Positions 37,111 through 48,795 of a DNA stretch of 64,000 nucleotides are shown here, piece after piece. How positions within the stretch are numbered: position 1 is the first letter of the stretch; each line of letters starts with the position of its first letter. The stretch lies in the NCBI GenBank assembly GCA_013239625.1, contig MU056737.1:2683846-2747845 (forward strand), written 5' to 3'. Under the pieces are notes generated by a model. That model saw only the letters and a program-made list of their open reading frames with translations, was not told where the DNA came from and searched no databases. The stretch is from Lama guanicoe (taxonomy: Eukaryota). Made by a program: the position numbers and the translations under genes.

Positions 37111-39649
37111 CTGGAGGGCAGGATGCTGGTCACGCTGCCCCCGAAAGCCTTCACTCCCTCCCAGGCCCCTCTCCAGGAGGCCATCCAGGATGGGTGGCAT
37201 CACCCTCCTGGACCAGCCTCCGCCGGTGGTCAGTACTGGGTGATACTGGACTTAGCACCGCGCTATGCTTTGAACAGTAAAACAGAACGGAGGACATGGA
37301 GGTCTGCCGCACGGTCAACACCGTCCTCCCGTCGCCTCCCGTCCATCCGGGGATCAGACGCAGCCTCTCTCCCCCGGCTCCCAGAAAGGGACCGCCCTGC
37401 AGGGATCTGTGTCGCGTCTGCAGGAGCACCGCCCAGTTCACCCGAGCCCCCTCTTCTCCCCTGCACCCCGCCCTCCCCGCCCAGACAGTGCACAACTGAC
37501 GTTGGGCTGATACGCCCTTAGTTCTTGGGGTCTTGGGTGAGTTTTAAACTCACGCAAAGTCATTCTGCAGCAAGAGCCCCTTCTCACCTTGGCCACCTGC
37601 CCTGAGGATGTCAGAGGCCAGTGTTCAGGTACCATTTTACTTGATTCATGGTGAGATTTTCCCTTTTGTGTGAGATCCTTATCACAAAAGCCAGTCCCCC
37701 ACTAGTCTGTTCTGCACTCTGAGCATCTGTCCCAGCGCTTGGATGGCTGGTGCTCGGTGTGGTCACCGGGCGGGGGGATCCTGGGCTGGCGGATGGAAGC
37801 ACTGACCCTGAACAAGGGCCTGTGACCCCACTCACCAGCACCAGCCTGTCTGGGGCCGTAGAGTTCACTGGAGACCATGTGTCTGTTGAAGGCACCCCCA
37901 GGTCGTCCGAGGGCAGGACGGAGTGCTGAGCCGCTGATGCCTCCGAGAGGCCGGGAGCCGTCCCCAAGCGCCCTGCTGCCAGACCTACCCTCGGGCTGGT
38001 CTACACCCCAGGTTTTCCAGTAAACGTAGCCTCCTGCCGCCTTGGCAAACCTCTGCTCACAGTTGGTGGTTACTGTCAGAGCTCAGGAAGCAGGATGGTG
38101 TAGACATTCTAGAATCTGCTCAAAGGAAGCTCCGCCCACATCTCAGTCAGGGCCCCAAGAAGTCAGGATGGGGAGCCAGCCGGGGCCCTCGTCGGGGCGT
38201 CTGCGAGTCTGTGCCACACCTGGACATGCGGATGACCTGGTAACCTCTATGTCTCCGCACATTTAAATGTTTGTCCGATACGTGCAGGTGCTCTTGTGAT
38301 GCACGAAATACAAATTATTCTATAAGGGATGTTCAGTATTTCAAACCGAATTAGAATGTGGTATCTGCAAGTTTTTTCCTGTAAGATGGGGTCCTCCTGT
38401 TCAGAAAGCCTGAGTAACAGTGATGTAAGCCAGCCCCCTCTTTTTGCAACTGAGGGAGAGAGGCCCAGAGAGGCGGGATCCGGGCCTGGAGAGCGTGAGG
38501 CCTCTGGAAGCAGCAGGTGGCACCATTAACCTGGGCGGTGCTATTTGGAGATGGATTTTTCGCCGAAAGTCACTTTTTTTCTATGGGACAGACCCCAGCT
38601 TTGTGGGGTTCCAAAGCTTGTGTGATCTGGGGGATCTCTTTTAGAAAAAGAGCACCGATAATGAACGTGAGGTTGGGCCTGAGAAGGGCTCTGAGTCTTC
38701 AGCCTCTCGGCCACTGGCCTCTGTCCCCACTGGGTTTATCCTCCACGGCGAGTTCCCCAGGCGCAGCCGCTTCTCCCCTAGAAAGCGCGCCTCCCAGCTC
38801 AGGGCTCCCTGACCTTCGCGTGTGTTTGATCGTCACTGGATTAGCTTCCTGATGAGGACCCACTTGTGCTCTCAGTGCATCCTTCACGTCAGCACAGTAA
38901 TTTAGAGTGAGGGGAGGGAGGGGGAGAGGAGATCGGTTAGGCCTTTTCTACTTGCAAATGAGGCAGCTCCAGAGAGGGGGGCCTCCTTCCAGGAGCGGCT
39001 GCCCTCCCGCCCAGCACAATGGAGCAGGTGGCGGCGGGCAGGCAGAGGGGGCCAGGGTCTGACCCCAGGGCCGGGCCACGGGAGCAGGACCGTAGACCAG
39101 AGACCGGCTGGCCGGCTCCCCCTCTCCCCGAGCCTCAGGAAGTCCAGCTGTAAGCAGTGTCCCCGGCCTCTTCACACTTGTCTGAATCCCAGTCGAGGCC
39201 CACGCGGGGACTCTCGCCTTCAAAAATAAAGTTGAATTCAGGCTGCCAGTGCTGTTCTAAAGTGCCACCTCCGAGTGCAAGTGGGCGAGCACCGCGTCCT
39301 CCGAGTCCGTGTGAGACCGTGAGCCGGCTTCGCCGTGTGTCCCTGTTGGCACAGCCTGCCTGTTTGCTCCGGGTGAATGGTGGGTGGATGGCTGAATGGA
39401 TGTGTGAATCACAAACAGATGAATGAGAAACAAGAGAACATCTCTGACCGCTGTCCCCAGCCTGGGCATGCAGCAGGTGCATAGACCAGCGACGCAAGTT
39501 CTGGAAGCTCCCTCGATGCCCGCGATGGAAACGAAGAGGAGAGAGTAGGGGAACCTAGGGAAGAGGGCCAGGCAAGAATAGGAACCCGTCGCTCTAGCTC
39601 AGGTCTCCTCTTCCCCTCCCTGTCTTTGTGTTCAAGACTTTGCCGAGCT

Positions 39650-40075
39650 CAAGCTGTTCTCAGTGGCCCAGATACGATGGCTTAAAACAGTGGCACCTGT
39701 CAGTCGGGCCAAGCTTGGCAAACGGAGCTCTCCTCTGCACCAGCCGGGGAGCCGGGGCAGCCGGGAGGCTGGGCTGGAGCCACTTCCCGGGTCCCGCGGC
39801 TGACCCTGGCCGCCCGCTGAGCCCTGAGCCGTGCCGACCGGGACGCCCGACACGTGGCCGGGCCTCCCCATGGCATGGCAAGGGTCTCGGGGGAGCAGCC
39901 CAGCGAGAGAGTGCCCCAGGGGCTCACTGCCTTTTGTGACCCAGCCTTAGAGGCTGCAGGCCATCACTTCTGCACGTCCTGTCCATTCAGCTGCTTTAGA
40001 GAGACCACTGTGGTTCCAGGGGAGGAGACACAGGCCTCAACTCTTCACAGTGGGAGAGCATCAAGGCCCAGAAAC
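39650..40075 (-). mobile_element. Old MaLR LTR (MLT1F/H-like)
   Basis: tggcttaaaacag..ggcctccccatggcatggc..tgccttttgtgacccagccttagagg..catcacttctgc..ccaggggaggagacacag. Confidence 0.65.
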
Positions 40076-41740
40076 GTCGCCAGGGCCAGGACTCATACTC
40101 AGCAAGGTGTCCAGCTCTGTCGAGGAGTTTATACTCAGGTACAGACGACCCCCTGGGGGAACGAAGAACCGTTAATAACCCAGAATAATGTCAAGAGGCT
40201 TTTATGGCTTCAGTTTTTGGAAGGTGCTTCTGATGTGTCTGTCTGCTCCAGGCTGCTAGGAGCCCTAAGATCATCCCCAAATTCGTCCACGGGCCAGGTG
40301 TGGCCCCGAGACCACAGCCTTACTCTCACTAGAGCTTCAGGAGAAACAATAAAAGGTGATTAACTGGTCACGCTCGTGAGACCTGGGGTTCAGAGCCCGT
40401 AGGCACAGACGTCGTCCAGCCAGCCTCTTGCTTTAAGTGACGGTCTGGCCACTCCTGCAGCAGTTACAAATTCGGGAGCATCTTACTTTCTGCTCTTGGA
40501 GGCAGTCTATAATTTTGCATTGTGTCTCTAAGAAAACACAAGCTACTCCCTGGATACTGCGTTCCCGACAGAAAACCCAGGCAGCAGGGAGTTCACAGCG
40601 TGGCACCAACAATGAGCTGAAGCGTCAGATACAGGGGAGACAACAGAGTGGAAATGGCAGGTGATCGATATAAAATCGGGAGAACGAGGGATCCAAGTCT
40701 TGCCAGGCTGGCATCGTGGCGGTCTGTGACCTCTGGCCACTCAGAAGTGCAGGGATGAGGTAGGTTTGTGCCCGCGCCCTCCACGCCCCCGAGCTAGACA
40801 CAGCACATGGACATGGGCGTACATGGTAGGGTTCTGGCTCCCCAGGGCACTCGGAAGCTCCCCCCGTCTCACATCTGTGGGTCCCTCACCCACCTTGGGA
40901 TTTCTTTTCAGCTGAGCCCTGAGCCGTGCCGCGGCCGGCCTGGTGGTGCAGTCAGAGGACAGCAGGCTCGTTCCAGCTCCCAGTACCCGCTGTGACTCCC
41001 CACCGCCCTCTCCCCCGCCACCCTCCCAGGTCCACGTGACCCTCTGTCAGACCTGGGGGCCCCTGTTGTCCAACATTTACATCTGGTGCAGAGGCTGCTT
41101 CCGGGGGCGCAGGTCAGGCCTGAACTCACATGCAGCAGTGAGAGTCCCTCCTCCCTTCCCAAAATGTATCTTTCTCGTTTGAGCGGAAGACGGTCCCTGG
41201 ACAGGACAGGGGAGGTGAAGGAAAGATGTGTCTTCCTGCTCAGAAAGGCAAGTCTCTCCTTTTGTTCCAAGGCAAGGCTCACACAGTTCATTTAGTCGCT
41301 AAAATAGGTTTTTTCCCTAAAAGCTCTATCCGTAAACTACATTTGGTTCACGGCGTTTAAGCCAACTGCCTCATTAAGCTGGAGAGCCTGAGGAAAATGT
41401 TTGCAGAGCAGGGACATCGTAATTAACACAAAAATGTCACGATTTCATCTGCCTGGTCCTTTTCCCCTTAGTTTCTTACACTTAATTATCTCTTTAATGA
41501 GCAACTAACTCACAGGAAAAATAAACACGCCAGGGAACAATGTGTTGAAGGGCATTCGGGGAAAAAAACGGAAGCCACCCTCGTGTACCGCCTGGCCGTG
41601 CGTGTGGTGGGATTTCTTTTTTACTTGTGGTCCTCTCGCTTTGGGATGGAATTGCAGGAACTAACGTTGAGCAGGTGTCTGCCACCCCGAACTGTATGGT
41701 CCCCACCAGCCAGCACATTTGTAGTCCGGAGCTAGGGTCC

Positions 41741-41744
41741 TTTC

Positions 41745-41832
<88 letters not shown>

Positions 41833-41834
41833 TC
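41741..41834. repeat. (TTTC)n tetranucleotide microsatellite, ~23 units with one internal TTCC
   Basis: Read directly from sequence. Confidence 0.98.
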
Positions 41835-44189
41835 GCGAATGGAACTTGGGGCAAATACTCTGGCATCTGCTAATGGAAGTGACAGAAACAGTGCTTCTCA
41901 GCCCAGCATTGGGCCCCACCTTCCCCCATGTTTCCTCCCTCTCGTCCCTGAACGTGCGACCCCCTGCCCTGGACCGAAGCAGCAGTGTTTCCTTCCCATT
42001 TGAGGGCAAGTCTAGAAAGGAGGCGGACACACCGCAGGTGGACGAGGAGGGGGCTGGACTGCCGAGCAGCGAAGGTGGCAGGACCCCCCAGCCTACTGCC
42101 TGGCCGTGCTCCCCCACCCTCCTTCCCAGGAGGTCGTTCAGGGTCAAAGGGAAGCCGCAGATGAGTTGTGTCTGCAGGGCTGTGTTGTCTGCTGGATTCT
42201 GTGCAGCGTGCATTCTAGAAGACTTTGTTGCCACCTCCGTTTTCCTGCTGGGACTTTCCAGGGCTGGCCGTGAACCCATGTGCCCTGAGCACCGCAGCCA
42301 GGCTCGCAGGCCAATTTCGGGTGGATGGCGCCTCCTTCCCCCTCTGCCCCCGGAGCCCTGCCTCCCCCGCAGCCTGCAGCACTGAAGTGATTGAGCAGAA
42401 TCAGCTGCAAATTGCATTGCAAAGGGTGCCTATTCTTTCCAGCAGACCGTCTGCTGGAGTCTATTACTCACCCGACCGCGCGCACCGGCCAGACAAGCCA
42501 GGTGCTTCTGTAGAAAGTCGTTCCCGAATCACCTCGTTCCAAACTCGCACCTGAAAGTCACTTTGCCGGCTGCTGACAACGCTGGAAAATTACAAGCCCT
42601 GGAGAGTTGGCTTTCTTCCCTTTTTTTCTTTTTTTTTTTTTCAGTTTTTTTGGGGTTTCGTTTTGTTTTGCCTCAGTAGAACTTTGGGTTCTTATCGGCT
42701 CTGGAAAAGCTTCTGAGTCATTTCCCGGGGTGCCACAAGGTCACCGAGCACGGGCAGGAGGACGTGTGAGAGGCGGCCTCGGCACCCCTTGGCTGACGGC
42801 TGGGGCTGGAGCGGGACCTCTTCTCTGCTGTAGGTGGCAGAACCGGGGCAGAAGCCAGGGACCCGGGCGCCTTCAGCACCTCTCCCCGATGAGCTGTGCT
42901 GCGGTCCGAGGGGCGGGGTGTCAGGTGCGCGGGGTGTCCTGGTGGTTGGACTCCGCTGTCCGGTGCCGGTCCTGGGCAGGAGTCTGCAGGCTGCTGGCAG
43001 GCGGAGGCAAGCGCTCAGAGGGCAGGGAAGACTTAGTTAGAGGGAGGACGGCACTTTTTGGAGGCATAACTCCTAGCATTGCTGCTGCAGGCCCCACGAG
43101 ACGTCAGGGCTCCTCCCACTAAGAAACCAGGCGGGGGGGAGCCGGTGATGGAGGGACAGACGGCACCACCAGCCACCTCCCCCGCCGGAGGCCCCCACTC
43201 GCAGTCCCTGCACCTGGCTGTGGGATGCCTTCGGAGGCACTGCCGCAGGGCCCTGACCCCCCACCCCTCCACGCCCTGTCGCCATCCTGCAGCCATCGGG
43301 CCCCCCCCCACAACGCCAGGCCGGCAAGGCGGGTCCAGCTCCTAGTCCCTCTGTGACCCTCTCTTCCCGCTGCCGCATCCCTTGGCTTTGTCCTGATTCA
43401 CGTCTTTCTCCTCGAGTTTGACGCACTCGTGTTGTTTCCTCGGGGTGGTCTCGGGTTCTCAGGTGTGACTTCGTCCCCACGGGCTCGCAGAGCCGGTGTC
43501 TCGCCTGACGGTGCCGGGGCAGTGGGACTCACGTGTGCGGTTGTAGATGCACTGATCATTACTCTAAAAACTAAGCTGGGGGAATTGCAGTATGTATAGA
43601 TCAGGCACAAGGAAGGATCCCGCGACCTTGGCGCTGCTGAGCACCAAGATGCTCCTCTGGCCCAGTTCTCTGACGTCTCACACCTGGGAAGTGTCTTGTC
43701 TTGGCTTGTTAAAGAAACAGAGCAGAACCATCGTTTCCGGAATAGACGTCAGACCCTGCAGAACTCACCCACAGACAGGGCTCCACGTAGCCTTGCCGGG
43801 TCGGGACGGGAAGTAGAAATGGGTGCTTCTGGCGGAAACCTAAGAGAATGGCCGCCTCCATTTCAGTCTCGTTGAGGACGAGGCCGTTCTGTGCTTCTGC
43901 CACATGGGATGAAACTGCGTCCTTCCTTTACGAGCGAGGAGCAGGCTCGCCTTGACCTTCTTCTTCTGCAGGGCTGTGTGTGAGGGGGTCCACGGGCGGG
44001 CACGGACCCCAGGCGTCTCCTGCGAGTTAGTCTGGGATTTTCTAGGATTCACCCTCCAGCAGTTTACCTTCTCACTTTGATTCTGCCTGGACGTGCCCTG
44101 CTTCAGGGTGAACTGACTGTTTTTTGATCGTCTTACAGTAATAACCCACAGCAGAACAATGAGGAGTCAGCTCAAAAAGCACTTGTTAG

Positions 44190-44352
44190 AAACAAGGTCC
44201 CCCGGACAGCACAGGGAACTGTATTCAGTGTCTTGTAAGAGCCGATAATGAAAAAGAACGTGAAAGCGAATACATATGTGTATGACTGAGGCACTGTGCT
44301 GTACACCAGGAGCTAACCTACTGTAGATCAACTGTACTTCAATTTAAAAAAA
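44190..44352 (+). mobile_element. Short 5'-truncated L1 3' end with probable target-site duplication
   Basis: aacaaggtcc..cagcacagggaactgtattcagtgtcttgtaa..gtatgactga..tgctgtacaccag..aactgtacttcaatttaaaaaa. Flanked by aaaagcacttgttaga (~44175) and aaaaggcactttttga (~44366). Confidence 0.85.
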
Positions 44353-44658
44353 TGTTTTTAATTTTAAAAGGCACTTTTTGAACTCATATTGCTCAAATTT
44401 GTGCCAAAAAGAAAAACCCGTCTTCAGACGAATAGGCCCTGTTCGTTTGGGCTGACTGGCTGGGGCTTACGGCGCTGGGTCTGGAGGTCAGCACCCGGCC
44501 TCTCTTGAATGAAGGTGTATCCAGGGCACAGTGAAGCCTCAAAGTTGTAGAGGGACTCGTGACTCCCGGCCAGCAGCCCTCGTGCGGGAGCAGCTCCGGC
44601 CCCACCCCACCCCCGTCCGTGCCCGCCCACAGTTCTCTGCTCTGTTTGTTTCCCTTAG

Positions 44659-44813
44659 AGGAGATTTTGAAGACCCACATCGCCCACTGGTGGTCCCCGG
44701 ACGGCACGCGGCTGGCCTACGCTGCCATCAACGACTCCCGCGTGCCGGTCATGGAGCTCCCCACCTACACCGGCTCGGCCTACCCAGCCGCCAAGCCCTA
44801 CCGCTACCCCAAG
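44659..44813 (+). CDS. DPP6: DPP6 coding exon (exon 9 equivalent), (E)[51 protein letters not shown]
   Basis: tcccttag|AG GAG ... CCC AAG|gtgagc. 155 nt, phase 1 to 0. WWSPDG and YPK(AG) are DPP4-family motifs; NDS sequon present. Lies in frame within track ORF 44559-44909. Confidence 0.97.
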
Positions 44814-46443
44814 GTGAGCGCTCCGGGCCTGGAGCGGGGACACTCGGACATACGGGGGGCAGTGCAGCAAACACGGGGAAGGCAACTATTTCACGTTCCA
44901 TTGCATTGAAGGCCCGTCTTTGGGGAGTCAGATCTGTCCGCGGGTTTACTTTATTTGGAATAACGGGACTGCCATTAACGATTTGTCTAAGCTTCATCAG
45001 AACTCAAATACGTGAGCTCCCTTGTGACTGATTCAGTGGTGACAGAAACTCACACTGCCCCCTCCCGGGCACGCTCTCCTCAAACTCCTTTTTTAGAATT
45101 TGGCTTCTGGGAGGCCGGAGGGACCCCGTCTGCCCCTGGTCCCCGGAGTCTGGGCTGGGCTGTTTGGGGCTTGGTCACGTTCTGACCCATACATACTGTG
45201 TCTAACTGCGTCCCAGGCCGACTTGTTGGCACAAGAAGCCAGCAGAACGGCAAGGCTGCAGGAGGGGGGGTGGGGGCGGTGGACAGACAGACCCGGCTTT
45301 GTCAGCAGATCACAGTGTCCTGGCTTGAAGGGAGTCCTGACGCCTCTCCCGCCCACTCCGCTGGGGACAGGCTGGTGTCCAGAGGGTGGACGCAGTCCGC
45401 CAGCACCTCCTGGTGACAGTCCTCTCTTGTGCCCGCGGCTACTGGAAGGGCGCCTCCAGCCTCTGCCAGTGAGCCCTGAGCCTTGACTTCAAGCCACAGG
45501 GGGCCCTGGGATGGCGCCACATGCCCTGCACACCAGATACGGGCCTGCTGGCCGTTTGCAGGAAGAGGGTCCGTCATGTCCAAGCAAGGCCAGTGAGGTT
45601 CCCCGAGTCCCGGGCCTGAGAAAGGGAACACCTGGGCTGTCAGGCACTTGGCTCTAACGAGCACATGCTGTGCGGCTTACACAGCACAGTTACCCCTCAC
45701 AGTCCTGGAGGCTGGGAGCCAGAGACCACCCAGACACGGAATGGCTTCCCTGGGGGGCCATGCGATGGGAGTTCCTTGGATCAAGGAGTGAAGTAACGAG
45801 ATCCAGAACAGTACGGCCCTGATCAGAGCACACAGCATGTGCTCTGGGGCAGATGGCTCAGGATTTGGGCTTCATGTTTCGGTAGAAAGCCAACATACTC
45901 TGGCCAGTAGAATTTGGTCTCTGCCCCAGACCCCTCCCCTTCCAAGCCAGAGCCCGTGAGCTGGTGCCCCAGCTGACTCCTGCCCTGAGTGGGGCTGGCT
46001 TCCACTGTCACCCCAGCACCTCCCTCTGCAGGGGGAGTGGACGAGGGCAAGGGTGTCAGCCCCAGCAGCCACGGCTCCCCCCCCCCGGTCAGGCTGGCGC
46101 CCGGCCCGGAAGAGGCAGCAGGGGTGAGCGGGGAGCAGGGCACGCAGGGCCCCACCCTCCCCCGCTGGGCCGGCCCGCCCTCCTGGCACCGCATCCAGGA
46201 CTCTCTGCTCCTGGGCCAGCTTCTTTCCCCTCCTGCACTCAGGCAAGGGGCATGGTGCTCGCTGGGCGTCGTCGACAGGCGAGGGTGGGAGGGATGCGGA
46301 GGGAGGGGCGCGGTCGCCCAGTCGCCCCGTGTCCTGACGCCTGTGCTGGGAGGAGCTGCCCTGGGGGCCGGCCTGTGGCTCTCCCGGGGACTCGGCGCCC
46401 GGCCCCGCCAGGCCGCTCACGCCGGTGCCCCTTTGCTTCCTAG

Positions 46444-46541
46444 GCTGGATGTGAGAACCCCAGCGTCTCCCTGCACGTCATCGGCCTCAACGGACCCACC
46501 CACGACCTGGAGATGACGCCGCCTGACGATCCGCGAATGAG
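46444..46541 (+). CDS. DPP6: DPP6 coding exon (exon 10 equivalent), [32 protein letters not shown](R)
   Basis: ctttgcttcctag|GCT GGA ... ATG AG|gtttgc. 98 nt, phase 0 to 2. Completes the YPKAG motif. Confidence 0.96.
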
Positions 46542-48441
46542 GTTTGCGTCCTTCCCCTGGTTGTGGTCAGTAATGGTCAGATGGACGCCCGCTGCACGGT
46601 CAGGTTTGCTCAGCTGCTGATTGAAAAATGCAAGGAGAAGGTACATTTGCTTAGGTTTTCTTGACTGCTTTATGGTTTGGTTTTCTGGGAAAGGAACACC
46701 AGTCAACCCGGTGCCACTATTTCCTACCTGATGTCAGGCCCAGATTCTCCTCCCCGGAGGCTGGGTGTCTGGGGGTGTTGGGGGCTGTCTGGTTAACCAC
46801 ACGTGTCCAGCGGGGGCACGCTGCCCGGCGCACGGCCGACATCGAAGGGCATCCGTTGGGGGCACAGTCTCTCCAGGACAATCCACGTGGTCACACCTTC
46901 TGTATGAGGCGCCCCATTCTGAGAGCGTTGTTTACAACATCACCACCCTTTGCCAGCTGCAGGGGTGAGTGGTGGGTCCTGTTCCAAGAAGCGGGGCTCC
47001 CAGTTGGTAAGGTAACAACCATGTCATTGGTGGGACATGTGGACAGAGGTGACTGTCTTGTTACTAACGACTGATTTAGGTGGATTTCATTTTCTGCTCA
47101 AAACAGCTGGGTGAGATCCATCCAAGTGAAGTGGTCTGAGTGTCAGCCTCATTTCATCCCAAAGTTCAGGCAGCCTGGGGGCCGATCCTCCCTCCAGAGC
47201 CCACTTTTATCATCATTAAGCCTCTCTCTGCTGAGAAAACTGGCGGGAGTCTTGGAGAAGAGGAGGGAATTGAGATCCTGAGCATCTACAAGTGGGTTAA
47301 GGCAGGAACGGTCCGTCCTGAGTCTCAGCAAATACCCAGCCCACGTTTTGCCACAGCTGGAGCCCGAGTCTTCCCTATTCAGTTACAGAACCCCGCCTGG
47401 TTCGTAGCTTCCGGAAGCTCCCAGAAGGGCAGGAGCCGTGGGCTCAGCCAGTCTGGCCCCTCCACGGGCCCAGTGCCGGGACACACATGCAGGCACGTGG
47501 TCCCACTGGTCTGTGATGGTGCAGTCTTCACCTGTGGAGCTTCTGCTGCCGCCCCGGGTGGGACCCGCCACCCACAGCCCGGAAGCCGGGGCCTCCGCAG
47601 ATGCCAGGAGGGGTTTTCAGCTCTCCCCCCGCCCCCCGGTGACGTGTGAAGTGCTGTAGGGTCCTGAGGGGACAGAGCAGGCCCGGCGCCCACCAGAGAG
47701 GCCCCCGCTCACTCGTGTGGCTGGTCTCGAGGCCTGAGTCCCCTGCGGCCCCTCTGTGGGGAGCGGCCCCCAGTCTGTGCTGGTCGGGGGGTCTGCTCAG
47801 TTTGGCTGGCGGCGTTTTTCGCTGGGAAAGAAGAAATTTCTGACGCTGGCTTTGTCTGCTGTCCTGAAGACCCACGCGTTTCATTGTTTCCTTCCAGCCC
47901 TGTCCCCGCCAAGCCTCCTGGGGCCTGGTCCAGCCAACTCTCTGAATTAATGTTGGAAAGTCACCTGGAAAATTTAAGCCATCTGTTTGAGTTAATTGAA
48001 AATCTCTGTTTAGTCAATTTGGTGATGCTGTTTCCGCAGGCTTGATTAGCTGCAAGGACAGTGAGAAATCAGCCTTGGTCGGGCCTCGCTGTTCAGACGC
48101 GGCCACGGGTTTTCTGCTCGCCCCGGTTTTCTGGGCTAAAGGTGGCGACGCTTTTCCGACACAGTGGAGACCCGCCGTCTGTTCATGTCACGCTTTCTCA
48201 CCGCCTTCTCCGCCCCGCAGCCTCGAGATCTCTCAGTGCGCGCAGATCTCTCTGAAATCACACACTAAATGTGAGCGTGTGTTTACTGAGCACTTATTAT
48301 TTGCATCCATTAGACAGAGAATTTAGCATGAATGAAGCGTGGAGGTTCCAATGCAGAGGAGGGCTAGACCTTGAGCAGACTGCTATGAACGAGTGAAGGA
48401 CTGCAGGCGGGAGACGGGTGGCGGGCGTGGGGCGGGGTCTG

Positions 48442-48602
48442 CAGGTCCCCACGCCCGGCACTACCGACACCTGGGGCCCGTGCTTCCCGCCTGGGGGGCT
48501 GCCCTGCGCATTGCAGAGAATGCAGCAGCCTCCCTGCCTCCGCCCAGTGGATGTGGCTGCCAGCGTGACAGGCAGAGGTGCTCCTAGACTGAGAACCACT
48601 GG
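48442..48602 (-). mobile_element. MER20 hAT-Charlie DNA transposon, GC-drifted
   Basis: cggcactaccgacac..ggggggctgccctgcgcattgcag..gcagcctccctgcctccgcccagtggatg..tgagaaccactg. Confidence 0.8.
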
Positions 48603-48609
48603 TTTAGAG

Positions 48610-48795
48610 TGAAGATGCACCTGCCGGCTGCCTGGGTTCAGAGCCTGGGGCCGTGACCTTGGGCAGGTCACTCTTCCCCCGAGTCAGTCAGGTTCCTCGT
48701 CTGCAAAAGGAGAGAAACAATAGTGACAAGAAGGTCTGCTCTTGTGGGTGGTCGTGGACATTAAATGAGCTGCTGTGTGTGGCACAGGGCTGCCG
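48610..48795 (+). mobile_element. MIR SINE
   Basis: ctgcctgggttca..gtgaccttgggcaggtcactc..ttcctcgtctgcaaaagg..aatagt..gtggacattaaatgag. Confidence 0.75.

Noticed and set aside
41494-42417. 307-aa and 252-aa ORFs on opposite strands
   Set aside because: Both run through the (TTTC)n microsatellite (KKER/FLSF repeats). No homology or splice support.
33912-44217. One L1 split by a ~10-kb insertion (ACAGCACAGGGA ends one fragment and nearly starts the next)
   Set aside because: The 44190 fragment overlaps the first by ~30 nt of L1 consensus and has its own apparent target-site duplication, so it is an independent insertion.
44656-44663. NAGNAG-type alternative acceptor within the Glu-Glu motif (TAG AG GAG)
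   Set aside because: The alternative AGs are 2 and 5 nt downstream, so both frameshift; this is not an in-frame NAGNAG.
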